The notes: a model not told the origin generated them from the letters alone. A stretch of 64,000 nucleotides of DNA from Dehalococcoidia bacterium (GCA_965197645.1 OZ240219.1:192001-256000), one strand, 5' to 3'; positions 1 to 9,139 are shown, counted from the stretch's first letter. Numbers and translations: made by a program.

Positions 1-40
1 AAAGGCGTCTTACGTGATCTTTTCTGTCGCGTCCCAGGCA

Positions 41-68
41 TTGGCAACACCGCGTAGTCGGCTATAAT
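41..68 (+). promoter_or_regulatory. sigma70-type promoter of tRNA-Thr
   Basis: TTGGCA-N16-TATAAT ending 11 nt before the tRNA 5' end. Confidence 0.65.
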
Positions 69-79
69 TGGGAGACAGG

Positions 80-154
80 GCCAGCGTAGCTCAGGGGTAG
101 AGCAGCGGTTTTGTAAACCGCAGGTCAAGGGTTCGAATCCCTTCGCTGGCTCCA
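80..154 (+). tRNA. tRNA-Thr(UGU)
   Basis: Cloverleaf: acceptor GCCAGCG/CGCTGGC, anticodon stem GCGGT/ACCGC with loop TT-TGT-AA, GTTCGAATC T-loop, encoded CCA. Confidence 0.96.
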
Positions 155-238
155 TTCGCGACATCTAAGAACGACCGGCCAACCGGCCCGTCCCATAACC
201 ATCAAAGGACAGCGTTCAAGCCTCGGTGCTAGCCGATC

Positions 239-1219
239 CTAGCTGAAGGCCGGCATGACCTCTTCCCGGAAGGCCTGGAAAGCCTCCAGGTCGAAGGGGG
301 CCCGCATGGAGATGTTGAGGTGCCGGACGCCGGCATCCACGTAGGCCCCAATCTGGTCTATGACCTCGCTGGATGTGCCGGTGAGCATCCCGCCGGTTAG
401 CTGGGTGAACTCCTCGGATGCATCGGCGTCGGCTCGTTCGTAGTGGCCGGCCTCTCCCAGCTTCCACACGTCCTCGAACTCCTGTCGCTTACGCCTGGCC
501 GAAGTCTCGTCGGCGCCCATGTAAAAGCCGACGTCGATGCTGCGCTGGATCTCGGCCGGGTCCCGACCCTCGGTCTCACACCACCGGTCCAGCACCTGGG
601 ACTTGTGCTTGTAGACCTGGGGAGAGACGTAGGTGACGTTCCAGCCGCCGGCATACTTGGCCACCATCCTGAGTATTCGCTTCTCGCCCACGCCGGCGAT
701 CCACAGCCTGGGCGGATTCTGGATGGGCCTAGGGAAGCAGTAGGCCTTGTCAACCTGAAAGTGCTCGCCTTCGAAGGTGGTCTCTTCGTTCCGGAGCATG
801 GACGAGATGATCTGGGCGGCCTCCTCGATCAGGTCCATGCGGGTCTTCATCGGCGGGTAGGTGTAACCGTAGGCGGTGTACTCCGATTGCCAGGGCCCGA
901 ACCCGATGCCCAGCTCCAGCCGGCCGTTGCTGATGTGATCGATGGTCACGGCGGACTTGGCCAGTAGGGCCGGATTGCGAGTGCCTACGCAGAAGACCAA
1001 GCACCCGACCCGGACGTTCTTCGTCTCGGCGGCGAGGGCCGACATTATGGAGACGGCCTCGAAGCAGTCACCCCGGCCGTCGATAGTAGGGCTCTCGTAG
1101 AAGTGGTCCCACACCGAGACCCAGTAGAACCCCGATGAGTCGGCGACCTGCCAGAGCTTCCTCAGCTCCTCGTAGGTGCAGTGTTGGGGGCCGGCGTGCA
1201 GGCCTATCTTAAGGGCCAT
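239..1219 (-). CDS. LLM-class (luciferase-like) probable F420-dependent oxidoreductase
   Basis: WDHF, RNPALLAK..TIDHISNGRLELGIG, PRPIQNPP motifs. Confidence 0.88.
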   Translation of the reverse strand: MALKIGLHAGPQHCTYEELRKLWQVADSSGFYWVSVWDHFYESPTIDGRGDCFEAVSIMSALAAETKNVRVGCLVFCVGTRNPALLAKSAVTIDHISNGRLELGIGFGPWQSEYTAYGYTYPPMKTRMDLIEEAAQIISSMLRNEETTFEGEHFQVDKAYCFPRPIQNPPRLWIAGVGEKRILRMVAKYAGGWNVTYVSPQVYKHKSQVLDRWCETEGRDPAEIQRSIDVGFYMGADETSARRKRQEFEDVWKLGEAGHYERADADASEEFTQLTGGMLTGTSSEVIDQIGAYVDAGVRHLNISMRAPFDLEAFQAFREEVMPAFS

Positions 1220-1245
1220 GGGTCACCTCCCAGACTCGGTCCGGA

Positions 1246-1680
1246 CTACTGGAAATCATCAAAGGAAACGTCTTTGACTTGCTGGGCGAAGACCCAGAAG
1301 TGGCCCTCTGGATCTCTCGCTCTGTAGGTGCGGGCGCCGTAGAACTGGTCCTTTAGCTCTTCCACTATCTCGGCGCCCGATTCCTTGGCGTGATCGTGAT
1401 GGGCATCCACGTCGTCGACGAAGACATAGCAGCTTTGGGTAGTCGTACCGTCCAGCGATTTGGGACTGGCCCAGCTGTCCATACCACCGGACGGCCCAAC
1501 CATGATGAGGCCATCGGCCACCTCCACTTCCGAGTGAACGATTCCCCCGTCAGGGCCGGGCACGGCGAAACGGACCTTGAAACCGAAGGCTTCCTGCAGC
1601 CACTCCAGGGCGGCCTTGGGGTCATCGTAGGCCAAAGCCGGAGTTATCCGGGGCATATTCTTAGGGGGGTTATCGACCAT
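1246..1680 (-). CDS. VOC/glyoxalase (PhnB-like) family protein
   Basis: VDDVDAHH and DQFYGARTYRARDPEGHFW motifs; GGAGGAG RBS. Confidence 0.88.
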   Translation of the reverse strand: MVDNPPKNMPRITPALAYDDPKAALEWLQEAFGFKVRFAVPGPDGGIVHSEVEVADGLIMVGPSGGMDSWASPKSLDGTTTQSCYVFVDDVDAHHDHAKESGAEIVEELKDQFYGARTYRARDPEGHFWVFAQQVKDVSFDDFQ

Positions 1681-1704
1681 GTCCTCTCTCCTCCGTACTC
1701 AAGG

Positions 1705-1902
1705 CTACAGCGCCTTCGCCCGTTCTCTCAGCTCGAACTTCTTTATTTTACCCGTCGAGGTCTTGGGCAGGGGCCCGAACACCACATTCTTGGGGGCCTT
1801 GAAGTGGGCCAGATTGTCGCGGCGCCACCTTATGATCTCTTCTACTGTGACCTTCCCGGCATCCGGGACCAAGTCCACGAAGGCGCAGGGGGTCTCGCCC
1901 AA
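1705..1902 (-). pseudogene. C-terminal remnant of acyl-CoA synthetase (AMP-binding C domain)
   Basis: GETPCAFV...LAHFKAPKNVVFGPLPKTSTGKIKKFELR; the N-terminal adenylation domain is absent. Confidence 0.85.
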
Positions 1903-1957
1903 AGTCTATGGTCAGCTCCCAGGAGCCGAGGGAGCGCGGTCTGATGGAGCCGTTCAT
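1886..1957 (-). pseudogene. N-terminal remnant of phage/ICE tyrosine integrase (arm-binding domain)
   Basis: MNGSIRPRSLGSWELTIDFGRDPL matches the MxGxIRxRxxxSWxxxIDLGRDP start of ICE-type integrases; similarity ends after about 24 aa. Confidence 0.7.
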
Positions 1958-1958
1958 G

Positions 1959-2417
1959 CTATGGGATCGGTGGGTCTATCTGGCAGTCGTCCGTTAGTGT
2001 ATGGCCCCTTTCGTGGCCGGGTAAGTAGTCGTTGTAGTACATGGTGCAAAGTCCTGGTAGGTCTCTCTCACCTGCGAACCATTTCTTGAAGTTGTACGAG
2101 CGGCTATTGCTTGATGTGCCTTTTTCGATGTCCTTCAATTGCCTGTTCCTAGCCTGTACCTTGTGACACCCTCTTTCGTCTATGAGATTTTCGAGGCGGT
2201 TGCCCTCTCCACCCGATGAATGCGTCGGTCCGATGGCATCCCTGAGTTGCTCGAACTGTGGTTCACTCATGAAAATGACTAGCCTGTTCCCTCCCTCGGT
2301 ATCGAACGAAAGGCCGACATCGTAACCGTCAGGGTACGCTCTGGCATCGTCCCACCAGATGCTGATGTTTTTTGGGAACGTTGTGAACACATCCCCTTCT
2401 AAAATCTCAAGGTTCAT
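1959..2417 (-). CDS. hypothetical protein (lower GC, possibly chimeric or element-derived)
   Basis: 152-aa ORF with AAGGAG RBS; no recognised motif. Confidence 0.55.
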   Translation of the reverse strand: MNLEILEGDVFTTFPKNISIWWDDARAYPDGYDVGLSFDTEGGNRLVIFMSEPQFEQLRDAIGPTHSSGGEGNRLENLIDERGCHKVQARNRQLKDIEKGTSSNSRSYNFKKWFAGERDLPGLCTMYYNDYLPGHERGHTLTDDCQIDPPIP

Positions 2418-2433
2418 CCCTCGTCTCCTTCCC

Positions 2434-3129
2434 CTATTCGCCGTACCAGCCGGAGCCGAAGATCAGGCCGTCGTGCCGGATGAGCCACCAGTTCTTCAGC
2501 GTCTCCTCACCCGTGACGGGGTGCGGCCAAAGAAGCCCCTCTATCCACATCCCCTCCTCCGGGGCCTTCAGGCCTTCGATGCCGATCTCAAATCCATCGG
2601 ATGTGACGATGGTCCTGCTCTCCACTCCCAGCATATCCTTGTTCAACCCGTGCACCACGATGCGCTCATCAGCCCCTGATACGAACAGATACCATTCGCC
2701 ATGGACGCTGTCGCTGGAGTTGTAGTACTCAAAGGTCGCTTCCGCCCCTTCCCCTTCGTACATGGCGATGGCAGCGGCCACGTAGTCCTTGGTGTAGGCG
2801 GCGGGATCGATCACTCCACTGGACTCCGGCTCCGACGCGGGCATACCCTCCGTGCCGGCCACCCCGCTCTCCATTTCGACCATCATGCCGAAATCGATGA
2901 AGTATTCCTCCAGCAGGTCGGCCAGCTCAGCGAACCGGGCGTCCATGTAGGACATGTCCAGGTCGTCGGCCCGGGGGTAGTCCTGCATTGCGACGGCGTA
3001 CTCCAACTCGGCCTCGAGATCGCCCTTTTCGTTCCAAAGCAGACCCACCCAGACGCCGAGGCCTATGACCAGCATCACCAAGGCGGTGATCACGCTTCCA
3101 AGCAACAGTCCTTTGATCCTGTCCGTCAT
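2434..3129 (-). CDS. membrane-anchored single Cache-like domain protein
   Basis: N-terminal TM helix, short coiled coil, C-terminal YV..AI..Y...G.E......GEWYLFV...WPHPVTG....K..W..RHDGLIFGSGWY. Confidence 0.75.
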   Translation of the reverse strand: MTDRIKGLLLGSVITALVMLVIGLGVWVGLLWNEKGDLEAELEYAVAMQDYPRADDLDMSYMDARFAELADLLEEYFIDFGMMVEMESGVAGTEGMPASEPESSGVIDPAAYTKDYVAAAIAMYEGEGAEATFEYYNSSDSVHGEWYLFVSGADERIVVHGLNKDMLGVESRTIVTSDGFEIGIEGLKAPEEGMWIEGLLWPHPVTGEETLKNWWLIRHDGLIFGSGWYGE

Positions 3130-3149
3130 TACTCGTCTCCTTTCATTTC

Positions 3150-3278
3150 TTAGTACGGGTTGGGCATTAACCCCGTTTCGGAGCTATCGAAGTAACCCCA
3201 GACGCCGGCTATGGCTATCAGACCGATGATGACGGAGGCTGCCACCAGCAATTTCCAAACCGGCCCTTTTTCCTGTAT
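3150..3278 (-). CDS. putative 42-aa single-TM small protein (ATA start or mutated ATG)
   Basis: AAGGAGAGG RBS followed by ATA-QEKGPVWKLLVAASVIIGLIAIAGVWGYFDSSETGLMPNPY-TAA. Confidence 0.45.
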   Translation of the reverse strand: MQEKGPVWKLLVAASVIIGLIAIAGVWGYFDSSETGLMPNPY

Positions 3279-3299
3279 CGGTACCTCTCCTTATAACCG

Positions 3300-3440
3300 G
3301 GTCACGTTGACGAAACTCATTGACCTGGACCATCGACCGTTACTTGCCGCCCGTTGCGGCCAGGATGACCCAGACGATGAGCCGGATGCCCATCGTCAGC
3401 AGGCTGAGGATCGGATGTGGATTCCTACGGCATGTCCTAC
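3300..3440 (-). pseudogene. decayed small membrane protein
   Basis: NPHPILSLLTMGIRLIVWVILAATGGK*RSMVQVNEF/VNV resembles NHxLHLILSxxTxGxWLIVW...GGEKR..V.VDEFGNV proteins; internal stop at 3340-3342 and a frameshift. Confidence 0.5.
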
Positions 3441-3627
3441 CCGCCCGGATGTCTGGCTGCCGGGCAGTATTCTACATGAGCCTGAAGGACCGTCACAAGC
3501 TAAAGACTCTTTACACCCATACACAATTGACATACCATTAGCACCGTCCCACGGAGAAGCGGGCCTGGCTATAATCCCGCTTTCTTTCTAAGCTCAAGCA
3601 TCCTCGACAGCTCCAAGGAGGTGGACC

Positions 3628-4038
3628 TTGGCGGAATACGGTAAACCGTTGCCTCAGGCAACGCCCGAGACCCAGCAGTACTGGGACGGCCTGAAGGAGC
3701 ACAAGCTGATGATCCAGCGTTGCCTGGATTGCGACAAGCCCTACTTCTACCCCCGGGTGTTCTGTCCCAACTGCTTTTCCAAGAACGTGGAGTGGTTCCA
3801 GGCCAGCGGCAAGGGCACCCTCTACTCCTTCGTTATCAACCAGCGCCCTGCCCCCGGGTTCCAGGACGACGGGCCCTACGTTCTCGCAGTTGTACAGCTG
3901 GACGAGGGGCCCAGGATGTTCAGCAACCTCATCGGCATCGATCCCGACCCGGAGCAGATCAGTTGCGATATGCCGGTGGAGATCGACTACGACGACGTGA
4001 CCGAAGAGGTGACCCTACCCAAATTCAAGCCGGCCTAG
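3628..4038 (+). CDS. Zn-ribbon/OB-fold DUF35 (ChsH2-like) protein
   Basis: CxxC...PR..CPxC zinc ribbon, GKGTLYSF, V.LDEGPRM; AAGGAGG RBS. Confidence 0.92.
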   Translation: MAEYGKPLPQATPETQQYWDGLKEHKLMIQRCLDCDKPYFYPRVFCPNCFSKNVEWFQASGKGTLYSFVINQRPAPGFQDDGPYVLAVVQLDEGPRMFSNLIGIDPDPEQISCDMPVEIDYDDVTEEVTLPKFKPA

Positions 4039-4056
4039 CCTACAAAGGAGTTAAAG

Positions 4057-5214
4057 ATGGCGCCTAAAGACCTACGCGGAAAGATAGCTATCGTCGGGGC
4101 ATCCGAATCCGACCAGATAGGGACCCGGCCCGACACATCCGTCCTACAGCTTCACGCTGAATCGGCCATCAACGCCCTGAACGATGCCGGCTTGAAGAAG
4201 GAGGACGTCGATGGCCTGTTCACGGCGGGAGTGACCGCCAACGAGCTGGCCGAGTACCTGGGTATGGTGCCCCGCTACGTCGACAGCACCATAGTCGGCG
4301 GATGCTCCTTCATCATGCACGTAGAGCACTCGATGCTGGCGCTGGCCGCAGGCATCATCAACGTAGCGGTTATTACCCACGGCGAGAGCGGCCGGTCCGG
4401 GGTCGGCGCTCCCCCATTCAACCCCCACCCCTCGGGGCTCAACGGCCAGTTCGAGGACCCGTTCGGCGCATTTGGGCCCACCACCCTGTTCTCCATCCCC
4501 GCCACCAGGCACATGCACAAGTACGGAACCACCCGGGAGCAGCTTGCCGAGGTCTCGGTGGCCACCCGCAAATGGGCCGCCATGCACCCGATGGCCAAGT
4601 TCAAGGACCCGATCACCATCGAAGACGTGCTCAACTCCAGGCCCATCTGCTGGCCCCTCACCCTGCTGATGTGCTGCCTCGTCACCGACGCGGGTGGCGC
4701 TATCGTGCTGACGCGGGCCGACCGGGCCAAGGACCTGAAACACAAGCCGGTCTACGTTCTGGGCACCGGCGAGGCGGTCTCCCAGGAGATGGTCTTCATG
4801 ATGGAGGACATGACCACCTCGCTGTGCGCCAGGATATCGGGCAAGGCGGCCTTCGACATGGCCGGGGTGAAACACGAGGATATAGATGTCGCCGAGCTGT
4901 ACGACGCCTTTTCTCACACACCGATGTTCGCTCTCGAGGACCTGGGGTTCGTAAAGCCGGGAGAGAGCGGTCCCTTCGTGGAGGGGCAGCGGACGGCGCC
5001 CGGCGGCGATTTCCCCATGAACACCAACGGCGGTGGTCTCTCCTACACCCACTCGGGGATGTACGGGATGTTCACCCTCATCGAGCTTACCCGCCAGCTG
5101 CGGGGCGAGTGCGGCGAACGCCAGGTCAAGGATGCCAAGATCGGCGTCGCTCACGGCCCCGGCGGCTACTTTTCCGCCGCCAGCACCCTCATAGCGGGCA
5201 ACGAGATTCCCTAG
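4057..5214 (+). CDS. thiolase-superfamily (SCP2/Ltp2-like) protein
   Basis: CCLVTDAGGA, ELYDAF, NTNGGGLSYTH; paired with DUF35 gene. Confidence 0.9.
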   Translation: MAPKDLRGKIAIVGASESDQIGTRPDTSVLQLHAESAINALNDAGLKKEDVDGLFTAGVTANELAEYLGMVPRYVDSTIVGGCSFIMHVEHSMLALAAGIINVAVITHGESGRSGVGAPPFNPHPSGLNGQFEDPFGAFGPTTLFSIPATRHMHKYGTTREQLAEVSVATRKWAAMHPMAKFKDPITIEDVLNSRPICWPLTLLMCCLVTDAGGAIVLTRADRAKDLKHKPVYVLGTGEAVSQEMVFMMEDMTTSLCARISGKAAFDMAGVKHEDIDVAELYDAFSHTPMFALEDLGFVKPGESGPFVEGQRTAPGGDFPMNTNGGGLSYTHSGMYGMFTLIELTRQLRGECGERQVKDAKIGVAHGPGGYFSAASTLIAGNEIP

Positions 5215-5242
5215 TCGAATCAGTTTCTACGACGTACCGTCA

Positions 5243-5277
5243 TGGGGCCGGCCTTCCGCTGCGGAAGGCCGGCCCCA
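5243..5277 (+). terminator. long perfect hairpin after thiolase gene
   Basis: TGGGGCCGGCCTTCCGC-T-GCGGAAGGCCGGCCCCA; no strong U tract. Confidence 0.55.
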
Positions 5278-5320
5278 CTGGGTTCTCTGACCCGTGCGGT
5301 TCTTCCCTGTCTCCCACCAC

Positions 5321-5447
5321 AGATTGCTTCGCTCGCTTTGACGCCTCTCAAGGCCAACTCCACCGTCGCTCGCAACGACGGCACTAACTAGACTGGATCC
5401 GTACCTCCGTCATTGCGAGACCCGACGAAGTCGGGGCGTGGCAATCT
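5321..5447. repeat. inverted pair of GTCATTGCGAG...GCAATCT-type palindromic intergenic elements
   Basis: AGATTGCTTCGC...CTCGCAACGACGG (5321-5381) and CCGTCATTGCGAG...GTGGCAATCT (5407-5447) are imperfect reverse complements. Confidence 0.6.
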
Positions 5448-5604
5448 AGCCAGGTCATCCTAACTGACGAGGCGGGTGACCTCCGTTTCGCTGTGGCTAG
5501 AGCACACTCAAACTCGGCGCTGCGCCCCACATCCTCCACTTCCAACCTCCGGTCAAAGGCTGATATCATAGGGGCATCTCAGCTAGTTCAAGGAGAGATG
5601 TCCC

Positions 5605-7200
5605 ATGGCAGAGAAAGAGGGCCCGTACAAGTTCACGTGGGCGGAGGCTCGCGCCGATCTGAAGAAGCGCAGGGACCGGGCGCTGTTGCACGGAGGCGAG
5701 AACGCCGTAGAGCGGCAGCGCAAAGCCGGCCGAGGACTGGTCAGAGAGCGGATCGCCGACCTGGTCGATCCCTACACCTTTCGCGAGATAGGCACCATGG
5801 CCATCGACCGTCGGTACGATTCCCAGGGCCAGGAGCTGGAGCCCACCTCCGCCGGATACGTCATGGGACTGGGGGAAGTGGACGGCCGGCCAGTGGCCGT
5901 CGGCGGCGAGGACTTCACCGTCAGCGCAGGCCACACCGTCGGTCTGGACCGGGGCAAGGGTGGTATTGGCGGGTTCGTCGAGGACCTGGCCCACGAGTAC
6001 AGAATCCCGTTGATGATGTGCATGGAGGGAGTGGGTGGTGGAGTGAGCCAACAGGCCTCGGGAGGACACGCTCCGCTGGTCAGCTCCGCCAGCTTCGGAC
6101 GACCCTTCCAGCTGCTGGGCGAGGTACCAGTGATCACCGCCGCCATGGGCGCCTGCGCCGGTGGCACGGCGGCGCGGCTAATACTAAGCCACTTCAATTG
6201 CATGACTAGGGAGACCGCCTGTGTCTTCGCCGGAGGGCCGCCGGTGGTGGAGCGCGCGCTCGGTCACCCAATAAACAAATTCGATCTGGGCGGCGCCGAG
6301 ATACACACCAAGATATCGGGGATGGTGGACAACGTTGCCGAGGACGAGCAGGACGCCATCCGGCAGATGAAGCGGTTCCTCAGCTATATGCCTCAGAACG
6401 TCTGGGAGGCCCCCGACCGGGTAGACCTGGGCGACCCACCGGACAGAGACATCGAGGTGATCCTGGACCTGATGCCGGAAGACAGACGTCGCGCATACGA
6501 TTCTCATGACATCGTGACTGCCCTGGTGGACCAGGGGAGCTTCTTCGAAATCAGCCCGGACTGGGGCAAGGCGATGGTGGTGGGCCTGGCCAGGTTCGAT
6601 GGATACCCCGTCGGAATCCTCGCCCACAACCCGATGCACCTCGGCGGTGCACTGGACGCTCAGGGGGCACAGAAGCAGGCCAGATTTACCGAGGTCTGCG
6701 ACACCTTCCACATCCCCATTGTCTACCTGGTCGACGTGCCCGGATTCATGATCGGAGCGGCTGCCGAGAGGGAAGGGACCCTGAGGAAGGGGATGCGGGC
6801 CCTGCAGGTGCTGATGGAAGCCACTGTCCCGATGATCACCATCCACACCCGAAAGGCGTTTGGGATGGCCTGTAACGCCACCTCCAACCCGGACAGGCTG
6901 AGCCTGCGTGTGGCCTGGCCTTCCGCGGAGTGGGGCGACATGCCCATCGAGGGGGGCGTGGCCGCCGCCTTCCGAAGGGAGATCCAGTCGGCCCCGAACC
7001 CGGATGTGTACCGGCGGGAGATAGAGGAGCGGATGTTGAAGGACGCCTCTCCCTGGGGCACGGCAGAGGCCTTCGGAGTGGAGGAGATCATAGACCCGGT
7101 GGAGACACGGGCGTTCATCTGTCACTTCATCAAGGCGGCCCAGGGCTACATCAGATCACGGTTGGGCCCGAAGCAGAAGGTGGGCATCCGCATCTTCTAG
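5605..7200 (+). CDS. acyl-CoA carboxylase carboxyltransferase subunit
   Basis: GACAGG, LGGAEIH...SG.VD, VDVPGFMIG motifs; two crotonase-like halves. Confidence 0.9.
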   Translation: MAEKEGPYKFTWAEARADLKKRRDRALLHGGENAVERQRKAGRGLVRERIADLVDPYTFREIGTMAIDRRYDSQGQELEPTSAGYVMGLGEVDGRPVAVGGEDFTVSAGHTVGLDRGKGGIGGFVEDLAHEYRIPLMMCMEGVGGGVSQQASGGHAPLVSSASFGRPFQLLGEVPVITAAMGACAGGTAARLILSHFNCMTRETACVFAGGPPVVERALGHPINKFDLGGAEIHTKISGMVDNVAEDEQDAIRQMKRFLSYMPQNVWEAPDRVDLGDPPDRDIEVILDLMPEDRRRAYDSHDIVTALVDQGSFFEISPDWGKAMVVGLARFDGYPVGILAHNPMHLGGALDAQGAQKQARFTEVCDTFHIPIVYLVDVPGFMIGAAAEREGTLRKGMRALQVLMEATVPMITIHTRKAFGMACNATSNPDRLSLRVAWPSAEWGDMPIEGGVAAAFRREIQSAPNPDVYRREIEERMLKDASPWGTAEAFGVEEIIDPVETRAFICHFIKAAQGYIRSRLGPKQKVGIRIF

Positions 7201-7251
7201 GCCCAGGCCTTCGGCGATCCCCATCCCGCCCGCTACAGAGCGGCTCTTCGC

Positions 7252-7764
7252 TCATTTTGCGGCGGCACGGAGTATCAGCGGGGCCGGGGTAGAGTCCAGC
7301 TCGGCCCAGTCGATGCGTTCGGGTAGTTCGACTCTCTCCAGCCAGGCCGAGCTTTCGTCGCAAAGCCGGTCCAGCTCAAGGCCCATAAACGTCGGGCGGA
7401 ACACCCGCAGGAGCCTGGTCCCATCCGATAGCTTTATCCTGGAAGCCTTGCGGTTATGCCGGCGGACCTGTAGGAAGCCGACGGCCAGCTTGATCAGGCC
7501 GTGATAGAAATGGCGCAACGGGTAGGGCGAGGCCCGCCAGACGTGTTCCAGCGTCTCGTGACACTCCCAGTATCTGCTCGAGTTGAACTGCTCGACGCCG
7601 ACGAGGAGCTCGGAGGGAGGTTGCGAGGGAAACTGATCACTGTACGAGGAAACTCCTCGTCGTTCCAGCTCCTCCAGCCACAGGACGTCCAGCCTGCGAC
7701 GGTTGCCCAGGGAGGGCCAAAGGGGCAGATTTGCCTGCTCACCTTCCACCACAGAGAGGATCAC
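7252..7764 (-). CDS. DUF309 domain protein
   Basis: FN...YWECHETLEHVW and GLIKLAVG..Q. Confidence 0.85.
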   Translation of the reverse strand: MILSVVEGEQANLPLWPSLGNRRRLDVLWLEELERRGVSSYSDQFPSQPPSELLVGVEQFNSSRYWECHETLEHVWRASPYPLRHFYHGLIKLAVGFLQVRRHNRKASRIKLSDGTRLLRVFRPTFMGLELDRLCDESSAWLERVELPERIDWAELDSTPAPLILRAAAK

Positions 7765-9062
7765 ATCGATGAAAAGGTGGCGTCGGCGGCGGCCAAGGTC
7801 TCTTCCACGTCCTCCTCGGTATGGGCCGTGGAAAACAGCCAGGTCCCTCTGCCCGGCAGGCGCACACCCCGCTCCATCATGCCCTTGGCGAATACTTCGT
7901 AGCGTTCCGCATCGGCGTGCTTGATGCTGGAGCGAAGATCGGGCAGCTCGGATTGATCGGTGAAGATCATGTTGAAGACGGTGCCGACGCCCTGGATAAG
8001 CACGTCTTCCTCGTGGGTCCTGGCCAGGTTACGCAGCCCTTCGATCAGCTTGTTGCCTAGCTCGGTGGCCTGCTTCAAGGCCTCGCCGTCGTTTTCAGAC
8101 AGCCGGCTAACGGCCGCCTTGGTCGCCGCCAGCGAAGTGGTGTTGCCGCTGGCGGTGCCGGCGTGCATCGCCGTCCCATCGGCGAAGTGCTGCATGATCT
8201 CTCTCTTGCCCGCCACGACGGCCATGGGGAAGCCGCCGGCCACCCCCTTGGCGAAGGTGGCCACGTCCGGTGTAACCCCCAACAGCTCCTGGGCGCCCCC
8301 CGAGGCCACGCGAAAACCGGTTATCACCTCGTCGAAGATCAGCACTACACCCGTCTCGTCACACAGCTTTCGAACTCCCTCCAGGTAGCCGGATTTAGGC
8401 ATCGAGCCGTTCGTGTTGCAGGCGATGGGCTCCATGATGATGGCGGCGATCTCGTCGGCCTGCCGGTGCACGGTCTCGGTCAACAGATCGAGGTCGTTCC
8501 ACGGGAGGGTAATGACCTCATCTCTGGTGCCACTGGCCATCCCAGCGGAGGCAGGGACCGGGATGGGGTTTTCTCTCGGGCCCAGCTCCTCGATGGACCT
8601 TCCCAGGCTGTAGAGAACGCTATCGTCCCACCCGTGATAGTGGCCCTCGAACTTGATGAACTTGTTGCGGCCCGTGTGGGCCCTGGCTATTCGAATTGCC
8701 GCCAGTACCACTTCCGAGCCGGAGCTGTTCCACCTCACCAGCTCGGCGCAGGGGATAACCTCGGTGAGAAGCTCAGCCACCTCTATTTCCAGCCGGTGCT
8801 GGCCGGCGTAGACCTGGCCATTGCTCACCTGCTCGTTCACGGCCTCTAGGACGAGGTCCGGGGCGTGACCCATGACGGTGGCGCCGTTGCCCATGAAGTA
8901 GTCGATGAACTCGTTGCCATCGACGTCCCAGAGCCTGGAGCCTTTGCCCTTTTCGAAGAAGAGGGGCACCGGCAGCTCGTGGGAGCGGTGCTGGCTGCTT
9001 ATTCCACCCGCCAACGACTGCTTGGAACGCTCGAAGAGCTCTCTGGACTTATCGAACTTCAT
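7761..9062 (-). CDS. class III PLP aminotransferase (GSA-aminomutase-like)
   Basis: DVDGNEFID, KFEGHYHGW, IFDEVITGFR, AKGVAGGFP; start placed at MKFDK. Confidence 0.9.
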   Translation of the reverse strand: MKFDKSRELFERSKQSLAGGISSQHRSHELPVPLFFEKGKGSRLWDVDGNEFIDYFMGNGATVMGHAPDLVLEAVNEQVSNGQVYAGQHRLEIEVAELLTEVIPCAELVRWNSSGSEVVLAAIRIARAHTGRNKFIKFEGHYHGWDDSVLYSLGRSIEELGPRENPIPVPASAGMASGTRDEVITLPWNDLDLLTETVHRQADEIAAIIMEPIACNTNGSMPKSGYLEGVRKLCDETGVVLIFDEVITGFRVASGGAQELLGVTPDVATFAKGVAGGFPMAVVAGKREIMQHFADGTAMHAGTASGNTTSLAATKAAVSRLSENDGEALKQATELGNKLIEGLRNLARTHEEDVLIQGVGTVFNMIFTDQSELPDLRSSIKHADAERYEVFAKGMMERGVRLPGRGTWLFSTAHTEEDVEETLAAADATFSSM

Positions 9063-9139
9063 GGCTTCCCCCACAGATGCTAGCCTACGAACAGATCGAC
9101 TCTATTGGACGCCTGTGGCCTTGTCAAGACGAACGGGCA

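Noticed and set aside
155-3600. att-site duplication of the tRNA-Thr 3' end
   Set aside because: No direct repeat of the tRNA end was seen by eye, so element boundaries cannot be defined
7761-9062. Class III aminotransferase as hemL or hpnO
   Set aside because: No heme genes nearby, 40 kb from the hpn operon, and motifs are generic GSA-like; no symbol assigned
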